The translations under genes and the position numbers were made by a program. 64,000 nt of DNA from the NCBI GenBank assembly GCA_036149055.1, contig JAYZQJ010000248.1, positions 1-64,000 of the forward strand, written 5' to 3'. Below the pieces are notes generated by a model. The model did not search any database and had not been told where the DNA came from. It was given only the letters and a program-made list of their open reading frames with translations. Origin of the DNA: Myxococcota bacterium. Its GTDB lineage: Bacteria > Myxococcota_A > Polyangia > Polyangiales > Sandaracinaceae. Below are positions 1-9,724 of the stretch, in pieces; the stretch's first letter is position 1; each line of letters begins with the position of its first letter.

Positions 1-1532
1 CCGCCTCGGGCGCCCCCCGCGGCTCCGACCCCGCGCGCGGGGGGGGGGGGGGGTTGGGGGGGGGGGGGGGGGCGCCGGGGGGGGCGGTCGATGACCGGGG
101 GCTCCTCGCCCTGGGCGATGCGGCGGAGGTGGCGACCGAAGGCGGTCATGACGAAGAGGTGCGCGAGCGCCTGGGTGAAGTTGTAGATGTACCAGGGCAG
201 GGTCGGGCGGAAGTCGTGGATCGCGGCGATGAGCGCGCGGCCGCGGAGGATCTCGCGGAACTCGAGCCGGCCCCGCCACTGCTCGTGCAGCTTCGCGAGC
301 ACCCCGCCGGTGATCATCAGGAGCTGGCGGTCGTGGCGCGAGTCGTCGTGATGATGGGTCAGCTCCAGCAGCACCGTGCCGACGAAGCGCAGCTTGAACT
401 CCACCACCGGGCCCTCGACGACGACGTCGAGGAAGGGCCACATGAAGCGGGGCAGCCAGTGCATGTACTCGTCGGTCGCCCAGGCCGCGCCGGCGCGCCC
501 GGGGAGCGGCAGCCGCTGGATGCTCCGCACGGTGCGCGCCTCGCGGATCGTCTTCGTGTCGGCGCGGATCATCGCCGCCCGCGGGTTCTCCACCGGGCGG
601 CCGTCCTCGTCGATCGAGCCCTCGAGCGCCTGCTCGAAGGTCTGGGTGTCGGTCTCCTGCAGCCAGTCGTTCAGCCAGTTGGGCTCCGGAACCACGGTGT
701 GCTCGAGGCTCTCGACCAGCGGCCCGACGAGCTCGATCGGGGCGCCGGTGAAGGTCGCCACCCAGCGGGTGGAGAGCCGCGGCGAGAAGAAGGGCGTCGG
801 CATCATCCAGCGGGACTTGCCCATGTGCCGGGCGGTGCGCCGCATCATCTCGCGGTAGGTCATCGCCTCCGGGCCACCGATCTCGAAGTGCCGCGAGAAC
901 GTCTCGGGGTCGCCCAGGCAGCGCAGCACCGCCCGGACCACGTCGTCGATGGCGATGGGCGACGACTTCGAGAGCGTCCAGCTCGGCAGCACCATCAGCG
1001 GCAGTCGGCGGACGAGCTGCACCAGCATGCGCATCGACGAGCCGCCGGGGCCGACGATGAGCCCGGCCCGCAGGGCGGTGGTCGGCGTGTCGCGCGCGGC
1101 GAGCACCTCCTCCACCTCGAGCCGGCTGGCGAGGTGCCGGCTCGGGGCCGCGTCCTTCTCGGGCCGGATGCCGCCCAGGTAGAGGATCTGTTTCACCCCG
1201 TTGGCCTCGGCGGCCCGGGCGAAGTTGTCGGCGAGCAGCACGTCCATGTCCACGAACGAGGCCTGGGTCAGGCGGGCGTTCGGCAGCATCGAGTGCACCA
1301 GGTAGATCGCGTAGTCGACGCCCTCGAGGGCGGCCTCGACCTGGGCCATCGAGAAGAGGTTGCAGTGGCGCCACTCGACCCCCCGGTCGTCCTCCTGGGC
1401 GGCGCGGGTGGCGGACCGGGTCAGGCCGATCACGCGGTAGCGATCGACGAGGGCGCTGGTGATCGCCTTGCCGACGAAGCCGGTCGCGCCGGCGATCGCC
1501 ACCACGGGACGTCGCTGCTCGGGCTCGCTCAC
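1..1532 (-). CDS. NAD(P)-dependent epimerase/dehydratase (atypical SDR) family protein, 3' end runs off the window
   Basis: Manual translation from GTG 1532 gives MSEPEQRRPVVAIAGATGFVGKAIT (GxxGxxG Rossmann motif) and later YLVHSM. No stop before the window edge, so it is absent from the ORF track. Confidence 0.8.
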   Translation of the reverse strand, partial: MSEPEQRRPVVAIAGATGFVGKAITSALVDRYRVIGLTRSATRAAQEDDRGVEWRHCNLFSMAQVEAALEGVDYAIYLVHSMLPNARLTQASFVDMDVLLADNFARAAEANGVKQILYLGGIRPEKDAAPSRHLASRLEVEEVLAARDTPTTALRAGLIVGPGGSSMRMLVQLVRRLPLMVLPSWTLSKSSPIAIDDVVRAVLRCLGDPETFSRHFEIGGPEAMTYREMMRRTARHMGKSRWMMPTPFFSPRLSTRWVATFTGAPIELVGPLVESLEHTVVPEPNWLNDWLQETDTQTFEQALEGSIDEDGRPVENPRAAMIRADTKTIREARTVRSIQRLPLPGRAGAAWATDEYMHWLPRFMWPFLDVVVEGPVVEFKLRFVGTVLLELTHHHDDSRHDRQLLMITGGVLAKLHEQWRGRLEFREILRGRALIAAIHDFRPTLPWYIYNFTQALAHLFVMTAFGRHLRRIAQGEEPPVIDRPPRRPPPPPQPPPPPARGVGAAGGARG

Positions 1533-1558
1533 GCGAGGGATGTAGGTCCGGATCCCGA

Positions 1559-2893
1559 TCAGTCGCCAGCGCGCTGCTGGAGCATTCTCGCGATCTCGGC
1601 CACCCGGTCCCAGTGGCGCTGCTCGTTCGAGCTCGTGGCCAGGTCCTGGTAGAGGCGGAGCGCCTCGCCGAGCTCGCCGCGCGCGACCATCGCCTCCGCC
1701 TCCCGCTCCTCGGCGCCGAGGCCCACCTCGGTCGGGTCGTCCCAGCTGTCGGCGTCCACCCCCTCGACCCCCGGCTCGAAGGTGGCCGCCTCGTCCTCGA
1801 CCCGGATCCCGGTCCAGCTCCGGTCGACGTCTCCGACCTGGACGCGCTCACCGCCCGCCGGGCGCTCGCCGGGCTCGCGGACCTCCCACGGGCCGGCGCT
1901 CGGCAGAGCCACCTCCCCCGTCTTCAGCGGGCCGGCGTCGAGCTCGAGCTCCCCCTTGCTCGGCAGCGCGGCCGGCGGCGGGGGGTGGCTGCTGTCGTAG
2001 CGGGGCTCGAACGCGGGCGCCGGCGGGTCGAAGCTCTCCATCGGGAACGGGCCCGAGCCCTCGGGCGGGGGCTTCATGCCGCGGGGCAGCCCGAACGAGC
2101 GGCTCGGCGTCTCCCGAGGCGCGCGCGTCACCGCCGACACCTCGGTCGGCCCCTCCGCCTCCTCACCGTCGAGCTCGTCGGCGACGTCGAGGGCGGGCGC
2201 GCTCTGCTCGATGTCGTCGAGCAGGTCGTCGAGCTCGTCGTCCTCCATCTGACGGCGCAGCTCCTCGAGGGGCAGCTCGCCCGCGGCGGCGACCCGCGTC
2301 GTCTCCTTGCGCGAGGCGTCGACCGGGAGCTGCGACGGATCGACCGCGCGGGTGCTCTCGTCGATCAGCTCGTAGTCGCCGAGGTCGAGGTTCATCGTCG
2401 GCTCGTCCCGGAACGCCTCCGGGGGCACCACCGGCTTCACCGCCGCGGTCTCGTCGTCGGTCTCGAACGCCGACAGCGGCAGCTCGCCCGGCGCCGCGTT
2501 CCGGGTGGAGTCCTCGAACGTGGGGCCCGCGAGCGGGAGCGGCTTGCCGGCGGCGGCCGCGAGCACGAGCCGGGCCCGGTCGGCGAGCCGGAAGGCGAGC
2601 TCGGCGCGCGGGTTGGTGCGCGCGATCGCCTCCCACTGGGCCAGGGCGTGCTTCAGATCCCCGCGCTCGAGGCCCTTCACCGCCGCCTCGAAGCGCGGAT
2701 CGGCCTCGGTCGAGCCGAGCCAGACCTGCGACATCAGCAGCTCGAGCGCCTCGACCGCGCGCTTGGCGTCGCCGTTGCCGGGGTCGCGCATGTGCACCGC
2801 GCGCACCGCCTCGAGCCCCGCCTCGAGGTCACCCCGCGCGAGGGGACCTCCGAGCGCGTCCGCGAGCGCCCTCTTTCGGTCGTCGTTCGGCAC
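1559..2893 (-). CDS. Hypothetical protein with TPR-like helical ends and a long acidic, Pro-rich linker
   Basis: 444 aa ORF; helical segments (GDLKHALAQWEAIARTNP, GELGEALRLYQDLA) flank a low-complexity acidic region. Confidence 0.7.
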   Translation of the reverse strand: MPNDDRKRALADALGGPLARGDLEAGLEAVRAVHMRDPGNGDAKRAVEALELLMSQVWLGSTEADPRFEAAVKGLERGDLKHALAQWEAIARTNPRAELAFRLADRARLVLAAAAGKPLPLAGPTFEDSTRNAAPGELPLSAFETDDETAAVKPVVPPEAFRDEPTMNLDLGDYELIDESTRAVDPSQLPVDASRKETTRVAAAGELPLEELRRQMEDDELDDLLDDIEQSAPALDVADELDGEEAEGPTEVSAVTRAPRETPSRSFGLPRGMKPPPEGSGPFPMESFDPPAPAFEPRYDSSHPPPPAALPSKGELELDAGPLKTGEVALPSAGPWEVREPGERPAGGERVQVGDVDRSWTGIRVEDEAATFEPGVEGVDADSWDDPTEVGLGAEEREAEAMVARGELGEALRLYQDLATSSNEQRHWDRVAEIARMLQQRAGD

Positions 2894-3017
2894 GGGCCTG
2901 GGCGATCACACCGCGGAACCGGCAGATCGTCAATGACCTCGGAGGCCATCGCGCTGGCTCCGGGGCGCGATGCGTGCCATGTGCCTCCGGAATCTTCCGC
3001 CTTCGGCCGACCCCCGG

Positions 3018-4505
3018 ATGCTCTTCAACAGCACCGACTACGTCGTCTTCCTCGCCCTGGTGTTCCTCGCCTTCTGGGCGTTCGAGCCCGGCGCGAGCGT
3101 CTTCGCGCGGCGGGTCCTGAGCCCCGAAGAGCGCCGGTCCCGCCTGCTCCGCGCGGTGCGGACGACGATCCTGCTGCTGGCCTCCTACCTGTTCTACATG
3201 TCGTGGAACTCGGTGTTCATCGTCTTGATCATCGGGTCCACGCTGGTCGACTACTGGATCGGCCTGGCCCTCGGTCGGACGGAGCGGGAGGGCGCGCGCA
3301 AGGGGCTGGTGGCGCTCAGCCTGCTCATCAACCTCGGCGCCCTCGGCCTCTTCAAGTACGCCGACTTCGGGCTGGTCGCGTCGTCGCAGGTGCTGAGCCT
3401 CTTCGGCGTCCGCTGGGAGCCGCCGCTCCTCCACCTGATCCTGCCGGTCGGCATCAGCTTCTACACCTTCCAGACCCTCAGCTACACGATCGACGTCTAC
3501 CGCCGGCGGCTCGAGCCGCACCGCGACCTGCTGGAGTTCGCCACCTACGTGGCCTTCTTCCCGCAGCTCGTCGCCGGCCCGATCGTGCGCGCCAAGGAGT
3601 TCCTCTGGCAGTTCAACGAGGCGCCCAGGCTCTCGGTCGCCGGCGCGCAGAGCGGCATCTACCTGATCCTCCGCGGCCTGGTGAAGAAGGTCGCGATCGC
3701 CGACTTCCTCGCCACCCGGCTGATCGATCGCGTCTTCGACAACCCCGGCGCGTTCAGCACGAGCGAGGTGTGGATCGCGGTCTTCGGCTACACCTGGCAG
3801 CTCTACGGCGACTTCAGCGGCTACACCGACATCGCCCGCGGCAGCGCGCGCCTCTTCGGCTTCGAGCTGCCCGAGAACTTCGACCGCCCCTTCAACTCCA
3901 CCGGGCCGATCGAGTTCTGGCGACGATGGCACATCACCCTGTCACGCTGGGTCCAGGACTACCTCTACATCCCGCTCGGCGGCAGCCAGAAGGGCCCCGG
4001 CCGCACCTACGTCAACCTCTTCCTCTCCTTCTTCATCATCGGCGTGTGGCACGGCGCCGGCTGGACCTTCGTGGTCTTCGGCCTCTGGCACGCGAGCGGC
4101 GTGACCCTGAACCGCCTCTACCGATCCTGGAAGGAGGCGCGCGGTGGAGATCCCAAGCCGCCGAAGACCGGCTGGCGCCGCGTGCTGCTCACCCTGCTGA
4201 GCCTCTCGTTCTTCGTCGTGCACTGGCCGATGTTCCGCTCGCCGAACCTCGCCAACATGCTCGACATGTACGACCAGATGTGGGGCACCGACTGGCTCCC
4301 CATCCGCGTCGATCCGTGGGTCTGGGTCGCGATGATCGCGGTGATGATCCCGCACTTCGCGCCGAGCGCCTGGGTGAAGCGCGCCGAGACGACCCTGAAG
4401 GAGCTCCCCTGGTGGGCGATGAGCCTCCTCATCGTCGTCGTCGCCGCCCTGCTGCTCCACCTCTCGGCCGGTCAAGCGGCGCCGTTCATCTACTTCCAGT
4501 TCTGA
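3018..4505 (+). CDS. MBOAT family O-acyltransferase (AlgI/PatA/DltB-like)
   Basis: MLFNS start, LPVGISFYTFQ, FFPQLVAGPI, DFSGYTD, FWRRWHITLS, GVWHGA, C-terminal FIYFQF. Confidence 0.95.
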   Translation: MLFNSTDYVVFLALVFLAFWAFEPGASVFARRVLSPEERRSRLLRAVRTTILLLASYLFYMSWNSVFIVLIIGSTLVDYWIGLALGRTEREGARKGLVALSLLINLGALGLFKYADFGLVASSQVLSLFGVRWEPPLLHLILPVGISFYTFQTLSYTIDVYRRRLEPHRDLLEFATYVAFFPQLVAGPIVRAKEFLWQFNEAPRLSVAGAQSGIYLILRGLVKKVAIADFLATRLIDRVFDNPGAFSTSEVWIAVFGYTWQLYGDFSGYTDIARGSARLFGFELPENFDRPFNSTGPIEFWRRWHITLSRWVQDYLYIPLGGSQKGPGRTYVNLFLSFFIIGVWHGAGWTFVVFGLWHASGVTLNRLYRSWKEARGGDPKPPKTGWRRVLLTLLSLSFFVVHWPMFRSPNLANMLDMYDQMWGTDWLPIRVDPWVWVAMIAVMIPHFAPSAWVKRAETTLKELPWWAMSLLIVVVAALLLHLSAGQAAPFIYFQF

Positions 4506-4542
4506 GGCTGGCACCGCGGTCCAGACGCCCTACACCCCGGGC

Positions 4543-5928
4543 GTGAATCGGGCGCGGTCGACATGGAGGCTTCTGGTCGCCGCGCTGCGCGGGGACGTGG
4601 ACGGGATCGCGTCGGGGCCGCTCCGGCGTGCGATCCCGCTGCTCGCGATCCCGATGGCGCTCGAGATGGCGGGCGAGGCGCTGTTCGCGCTGGTGGACGT
4701 GTTCTTCGTCGGGCACCTGGGGGCGACCGCGGTCGCCACCGTCGGGCTCACCGAGTCGATGATGGCGCTCCTCTACGCGCTCGCGTTCGGGCTCGCGATG
4801 CCGGCGACGGCGATGGTCTCGCGGCGGGTCGGCGAGGGGGAGCCCGAGGAGGCGGGCAGGACGGCGGCTCAGGCGATCTGGGTGGCCGCCGCGGTCGGGG
4901 CGGTCGTGGCCACGTCGAGCGCGTTCGCGCCCCAGCTGCTCGCGCTGATGGGCGGCACGCCGGAGGTGGTGCGCGAGGGCTGGACCTTCACCGCCCTCAT
5001 GCTCGGCGCGAGCCCCCTGGTGATCCTGCTCTTCGTGGGCGGCGGCGCGCTGCGCGGCGCGGGAGACGCGGCCGGGGCGATGCGGGCGCTCTGGATCGCC
5101 AACGGCATCAACATCGCGCTCGACCCGTGCCTCATCCTCGGGCTCGGGCCGTTCCCGGAGCTCGGCCTCACCGGCGCCGCGCTGGCCACCGTGGTGGGGC
5201 GCAGCGCCGGCGTGGTCTACCAGCTCTGGCGCCTGTCGCGCGCGCGGGAGGTGTCGATCCGCGGCCGCCTCGCCTTCCGCCCCGACATCGCGCGGCGGCT
5301 CCTGCGCCTCTCGATCGGCGGCACCGCGCAGCACCTGGTGGAGACCGGGAGCTGGGTCGCGGTGGTGCGCGTGCTCGCCGAATTCGGGAGCGTCGCCGTC
5401 GCCGGCTACACGGTCGCGATGCGGCTCGTGATCTTCACGCTCTTGCCGGTCTGGGGCTTCTCCAACGCCACCGCGACGCTGGTGGGGCAGAGCCTCGGCG
5501 CGGGCGATCCGGCCCGGGCCGAGCGCGCGGTGTGGCTCTCGGGGAGCTTCGCGAGCGTGATCCTCGCGATCGTGTCGCTCGCCTTCCTCCTCGCGCCCCA
5601 GCCCCTCGCCGCGCTCTTCGCCGACGACGTGGCGGTGGTCGAGGTCGCCGGCCGCGGCCTCTTCATCATCGCCTTCGGCTACTTCTTCTACGGCTGGGTG
5701 ATGGTCTGCCAGCAGGCCTTCAACGGCGCCGGCGACACGACGACCCCCGCGTGGATCAACGTGGGCTGCTTCTGGTGCCTGCTCATCCCGCTCGCCTGGA
5801 CGCTCGCCAACCCGGCGGGCTTCGGCCCGAGCGGGGTCTTCATCGCGATCGCCACCGGCTACAGCGTCTCGGCGATGGTCAGCGTCTTGCTCGTGCGCCG
5901 CGGCCGCTGGAAGCTGGCGCAGGCATGA
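4543..5928 (+). CDS. MATE family efflux transporter
   Basis: About 12 hydrophobic segments; LVDVFFVGHLG, NIALDPCLILG, GAALAT, VGQSLGAG. Confidence 0.92.
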   Translation: MNRARSTWRLLVAALRGDVDGIASGPLRRAIPLLAIPMALEMAGEALFALVDVFFVGHLGATAVATVGLTESMMALLYALAFGLAMPATAMVSRRVGEGEPEEAGRTAAQAIWVAAAVGAVVATSSAFAPQLLALMGGTPEVVREGWTFTALMLGASPLVILLFVGGGALRGAGDAAGAMRALWIANGINIALDPCLILGLGPFPELGLTGAALATVVGRSAGVVYQLWRLSRAREVSIRGRLAFRPDIARRLLRLSIGGTAQHLVETGSWVAVVRVLAEFGSVAVAGYTVAMRLVIFTLLPVWGFSNATATLVGQSLGAGDPARAERAVWLSGSFASVILAIVSLAFLLAPQPLAALFADDVAVVEVAGRGLFIIAFGYFFYGWVMVCQQAFNGAGDTTTPAWINVGCFWCLLIPLAWTLANPAGFGPSGVFIAIATGYSVSAMVSVLLVRRGRWKLAQA

Positions 5929-6830
5929 CCCCGGTCACCGTCGTCACCGGCTTTCTCGGCGCGGGCAAGTCGACCCTGCTCGAGGCCTGGCTGCGCGCGG
6001 AGGATCGCGACCGGGTGGCGGTGATCGTGAACGAGCGGGGCGAGGTCGGGGTTGACGGCGCGCTGCTCGCGTCCCGGGTGGCGCGGCTCCGGGAGATCAC
6101 CGCCGGCTGCGTGTGTTGCGAGACCCAGGCCGAGCTCGCGGCGGCGCTCGACGAGCTGTCCGGCGCGGGGCTGGCGCGCGTCTTCGTCGAGACCTCGGGC
6201 GCCGCCTCGCCGGCCGGCGTGATCCGCCCGGCGACCCGGATCGACGGGCTGCGGCTCGACGGCGTGATCACGGTGCTCGACGCGTCGCGGCTCGAGCGCG
6301 CCCTCGGCTTCGACCTCGCGATCGAGCAGCTCGGCTTCGCCGACGTGGTGGTGCTCTCGCACGCCGACCGCGAGGACGAGGACGCGCTCGCGCGGGCGGA
6401 GGAGGCGGCCGTGCGCCACGCTCCGGCCGCGGTGATCGCGCGCTCGGGCCGCGGGGACGCGCCGGCGCTGGGCGCGCTGCTGGATCGCCGCGACGACGCC
6501 CTCCGCGTCTTCCCGGAGGCGCGCGGCCATCACCCGATCGAGGCGGTGTCGGTCGTGGCGCCGGGCGAGCTCGACGAGGACCGCTTCGCCGACTGGGTCG
6601 AGGCGGCGCTCGGCGCGGTCGAGGCGCGCATCCTCCGGATCAAGGGCATCCTCGCGATGCACGGGGTCGACGCCCGGGTGATCGTGCAGGGCGTGGGCGA
6701 GGCGGTGGAGGTGAGCCTCGGCGCGCCCTGGGGAGACGCCCCGCGAGACTGCCGCCTGGTGGTCCTCGGCCTGGGGCTGGACGCGGCCGCGATCGAGGCC
6801 GGCTTCCGGCGCTGCTTGAAGCGGCAGTAA
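5925..6830 (+). CDS. CobW/COG0523 family P-loop GTPase (metallochaperone)
   Basis: VTGFLGAGKST, VNERGE, GCVCC, ETSG, RIKG in the C-terminal domain; ATGA overlap with the MATE stop. Confidence 0.92.
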   Translation: MTPVTVVTGFLGAGKSTLLEAWLRAEDRDRVAVIVNERGEVGVDGALLASRVARLREITAGCVCCETQAELAAALDELSGAGLARVFVETSGAASPAGVIRPATRIDGLRLDGVITVLDASRLERALGFDLAIEQLGFADVVVLSHADREDEDALARAEEAAVRHAPAAVIARSGRGDAPALGALLDRRDDALRVFPEARGHHPIEAVSVVAPGELDEDRFADWVEAALGAVEARILRIKGILAMHGVDARVIVQGVGEAVEVSLGAPWGDAPRDCRLVVLGLGLDAAAIEAGFRRCLKRQ

Positions 6831-6862
6831 AGGTCGCTAGAACGTGCGTCGTGTCGACGCAC

Positions 6863-8422
6863 GTGAAGACTGCGCCTTCGCCTGCGGGCAGGCCCGGAGG
6901 CGCGCACCCCGCCGGCGTATGGCGGGCGCTCCTGATCGCCGGCTTCGCCGCGTGCTTCGCGTGGATCCCCTACGCGTTCGACGGTCTCGAGGACTTCCAG
7001 GTCGTCGGGCCGAACGACGCGATCCCGCTGACCGACCTCATCTCCGCGAGCCCGCGGCAGGGCGGGGCATCGCTGGCCGGGGCGCTGCGGCGGCCCAGCC
7101 TGCTCGAGGAGGACGACGAGGCGCTGATGGAGGCCGCGCCGCTGCCCGAGGCGGTGCGCGTGGAGCCCCGCCAGAGCCGCCGCCGCCCGCCCTCCGAGGA
7201 CGAGCCGGAGCGCACGCCGCTCGCGCGGGTCGACCCGGAGGAGTTCGAGGGGCTGACCCGTGAGATCGAGGACCCGCGCGGATCGATGCGCGGCTTCTAC
7301 CAGCGCCTCGCCGCGGTGGAGCGCGACGAGCGGACGCTGGCCCGGCTGGGCGTCTACGGCACCTCCACCAACGGCGCCGATCGCATGACCTCGCAGCTCC
7401 GCCGCCTGCTCCAGCGCCGCTTCGGCGACGGCGGCAAGGGCTGGGTCCCGGTGGCCGCCGGCTGGCGTTATCAGCGGCACCAGGACGTCGACTGGAGCTA
7501 CGACCACTGGCGCACCTACGTGGTCAACCGCGCGAACGGGCCGCTCGACCGCTACGGCTACGGCGGCGTGCTCGCGGTCAACCGGCACCGCGGCGCCGAG
7601 AGCCACTTCGGCACCACCGACAGCGGGCCCGGCCAGGCGGTCAGCGTCTTCCGCCTCTTCCATCAGGCGTTCCCCGAGGGCGGGCGCCTCCAGATCCGGG
7701 TCGACGACGGCCCGGCCCGCACCCTCGACACCCGCGCCGACACGCCGACCGACCGGGTCGAGGAGATCCGCGTCCCCGACGGCGCCCACACCCTGCACCT
7801 GAGCGCGGTGGGCGAGGAGGACGGCCAGGGCGAAGAAGACTTGCGTCTCTACGGCGTGGTCATGGAGCGGGACGGGCCCGGCGTGGTGGTCGACGGCCTC
7901 GCGCTCATCGGCGCGTTCACCCGCGTGCTCCGGCTGTGGGACGCCGAGCACCTCTCCACCCAGATCCAGCAGCGTGACCCCAACCTGATGGTGTTCTGGA
8001 TGGGCGCGAACGACGCGGTGAGCGAGACGGTGCCCTTCGTCGAGGACCAGTACCGCGAGCACTACCGCGGCATCCTCCGCCGCTTCCAGGACGCCAACCC
8101 CGGCATGAGCTGCATGGTGATGAGCATCCTCGACAAGGGTGAGCGCGAGGGCGGCCGCATCCGCACTCGCGCCCGGGTGCCCCGCATGGTCGAGGTGCAG
8201 CGCGAGATCGCCCACGCCGAGGGCTGCGCCTTCTTCGACACCTACGAGGCGATGGGCGGCGAGGGCACGATGCGCCGCTGGTACGGCAGCAGCCCGCGCC
8301 TCGTCACCGCCGACCTCGGCCACCTCACCGCGTCGGGCTCGAGGGTCATGGGCACGCTCGTCTACCGCGCGCTGATGAAGGGCTTCGACGACTGGATCGC
8401 CGACGGCGAGCCGGCGCCGTGA
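6863..8422 (+). CDS. Membrane-anchored SGNH/GDSL hydrolase family protein (PatB/Ape-like)
   Basis: N-terminal TM; block I YGTSTN, RFGDGGKG, block III MGAND, block V DLGHLT. Start uncertain. Confidence 0.8.
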   Translation: MKTAPSPAGRPGGAHPAGVWRALLIAGFAACFAWIPYAFDGLEDFQVVGPNDAIPLTDLISASPRQGGASLAGALRRPSLLEEDDEALMEAAPLPEAVRVEPRQSRRRPPSEDEPERTPLARVDPEEFEGLTREIEDPRGSMRGFYQRLAAVERDERTLARLGVYGTSTNGADRMTSQLRRLLQRRFGDGGKGWVPVAAGWRYQRHQDVDWSYDHWRTYVVNRANGPLDRYGYGGVLAVNRHRGAESHFGTTDSGPGQAVSVFRLFHQAFPEGGRLQIRVDDGPARTLDTRADTPTDRVEEIRVPDGAHTLHLSAVGEEDGQGEEDLRLYGVVMERDGPGVVVDGLALIGAFTRVLRLWDAEHLSTQIQQRDPNLMVFWMGANDAVSETVPFVEDQYREHYRGILRRFQDANPGMSCMVMSILDKGEREGGRIRTRARVPRMVEVQREIAHAEGCAFFDTYEAMGGEGTMRRWYGSSPRLVTADLGHLTASGSRVMGTLVYRALMKGFDDWIADGEPAP

Positions 8423-8450
8423 GCTCCGACTCTTTGCGCGTCGCCGCTCG

Positions 8451-9677
8451 ATGCGCGAAATTGGCCGCGACGTGAGGCGTTCAGCGTGGATCGGGGCCGC
8501 GATGTTGGCCCTCTTCGCCGCCAGCGGCGTCGAGCGGAGCGAGGCCCAGCCGCCGGTCCTGAGGACCTCGGTGCCGCAGGCCGACGCGCCGGTCAGCCCG
8601 GTGTGGGTGGAGAACCCCGGAGCGCTGAGCCACTTCCATCGCGCGCTCGAGGCGCTGCGGCGCGACCGGACGCGCACGGTGCGGGTGCTGCACTTCGGCG
8701 ACAGCAACGTCGCGGCGGATCTCTGGACCCACGTCGCGCGGGAGACGCTGCAGCAGCGCTTCGGCTCGGGCGGGAGCGGCTACCTGCTGCCCCGCGGGCA
8801 CGGGAGCTGGCATCGCGGCCCGGTGCGGGTGCGCGCCGAAGGCCGCTGGCTGAGCCGACGCCGGGGCTTCGCGCGCGACTTCGGCCCGAACGACGGGCTC
8901 TGGGGCCTCGCCGGCGTCGGGGTCGAGCCCGAGGCGGCGGGCGCGCGGGTGCGGCTCGACGTGCCCGAGGGGCGGGGGACGCGGCGGCTCGAGCTGCACG
9001 GGCTCGGGCGGGCGGCGCTCGGGCGGCTCGCGGTGAAGATCGACGACGGCGACTGGCAGGTGGTGGATCTGCGCTCGCCGTCCGCGCGCCTCGTGCTGCG
9101 GCGCTGGACCCTCGACGCGCGGCCCCACGTGGTCACCGTGCGTCACGCCGGCGGGCGGCCGCGGCTGCTCGGGCTGGTGGTCGAGGAGGAGTCGGGCGTC
9201 GTCTACGACGTGCTCGGCATCAACGGCCACCGCGCGAGCGCGATCCTGCACTGGGACGAGGGCCTGCTCCGGGCGCAGCTCCGCGAGCGCCAGCCCGACC
9301 TCGTGGTGCTGAGCTACGGCGGCAACGAGGCCCTCGACCCAAACCTGCCGCTCGACACCTACGCGGCGCAGACCCGCGAGGCGGTCGAGCGCATCCGCGG
9401 GCTGGCCCCCGAGGCGAGCTGCCTGCTCGTCGGGCCGCTCGCGACCTACCCGACCTACGCCGACCGCATGAGCGCGGTGACCGCGATCCAGCGGAGCCTC
9501 GCGCCGGGCCTGGGCTGCGCCTTCTGGGACAGCAGCCAGACCTCGGGCGGCCCGGGCACGCTGCGGCGCTGGGGGCGCTACCCGGGCATGGTCAGCGGCG
9601 ATCACCTGCACCTCGGGCCGCAGGGCTACGAGCGCGTGGGGCGTGAATTCACCGAGGCGCTCCTCCGGGGGCTCTGA
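8451..9677 (+). CDS. Secreted SGNH/GDSL hydrolase family protein (Ape1/PatB-like)
   Basis: Signal peptide; FGDSN, RFGSGGSG, GING, YGGNE, DHLHLG. Confidence 0.85.
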   Translation: MREIGRDVRRSAWIGAAMLALFAASGVERSEAQPPVLRTSVPQADAPVSPVWVENPGALSHFHRALEALRRDRTRTVRVLHFGDSNVAADLWTHVARETLQQRFGSGGSGYLLPRGHGSWHRGPVRVRAEGRWLSRRRGFARDFGPNDGLWGLAGVGVEPEAAGARVRLDVPEGRGTRRLELHGLGRAALGRLAVKIDDGDWQVVDLRSPSARLVLRRWTLDARPHVVTVRHAGGRPRLLGLVVEEESGVVYDVLGINGHRASAILHWDEGLLRAQLRERQPDLVVLSYGGNEALDPNLPLDTYAAQTREAVERIRGLAPEASCLLVGPLATYPTYADRMSAVTAIQRSLAPGLGCAFWDSSQTSGGPGTLRRWGRYPGMVSGDHLHLGPQGYERVGREFTEALLRGL

Positions 9678-9724
9678 TCGATCGTGACGCGACCGGCCCG
9701 TCGCCGTATCCTGGGCGACGCGGT

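Noticed and set aside
39..84. Long poly-G runs, possible G-quadruplex or phase-variable tract
   Set aside because: They sit at the window edge where a normal gene degrades into homopolymer; most likely a low-quality contig end or sequencing artefact.
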